DNA of 64,000 bases from the NCBI GenBank assembly GCA_951406725.2, contig OX597818.1, forward strand, positions 40,734,001-40,798,000, written 5' to 3'. The notes under the pieces are model-generated. The model was given only the letters and a program-made list of their open reading frames with translations, was not told where the DNA came from and ran no database searches. Both the position numbers and the translations under genes were made by a program. The DNA is from Octopus vulgaris. Its lineage: Eukaryota. Within the stretch, counting starts at the first letter, position 1, and each line of letters opens with the position of its first letter. Below are positions 63,892 to 64,000 of the stretch, in pieces.

Positions 63892-63898
<7 letters not shown>
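63782..63898 (+). mobile_element. RTE-type 3' tail fragment inside (TA)n
   Basis: TGTGACCAG...CTGA.GG.CTGGTCGGTCA..GTGATCA matches 26017-26075. Confidence 0.7.
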
Positions 63899-63966
<68 letters not shown>

Positions 63967-64000
63967 TATGCAGAAAATAAATCATCGATGGCGGAATAGC

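Overview
AT-rich eukaryotic, repeat-dominated DNA with no recognisable intact host protein-coding gene. The extreme microsatellite load and the SINE set resemble an octopus (coleoid cephalopod) genome; this is an inference, not a database result. Nearly all ORFs in the track are microsatellite artefacts. The recognisable coding remnants are all transposon-derived: a DD34D mariner, a DD37D maT element, RTE, CR1/L2-group and RLE (R4/Dong-like) LINEs, and a Penelope-like GIY-YIG endonuclease. Non-coding repeats include three tRNA-like SINE families (called A, B, C here), several TIR/foldback elements, Helitron-like elements and a candidate solo LTR. The most interesting signals are: (1) minimal hammerhead-ribozyme-like motifs with covarying stems and variant cores (a U3:A8 swap, an extra A after A9, an A6U change), sitting in foldback or Penelope-associated repeats; (2) a modular SINE system with swapped tails, multimers and a 217-bp target duplication; (3) a textbook recursive-splice-like AG|GTAAG site on the minus strand, suggesting the window may be a very long intron.
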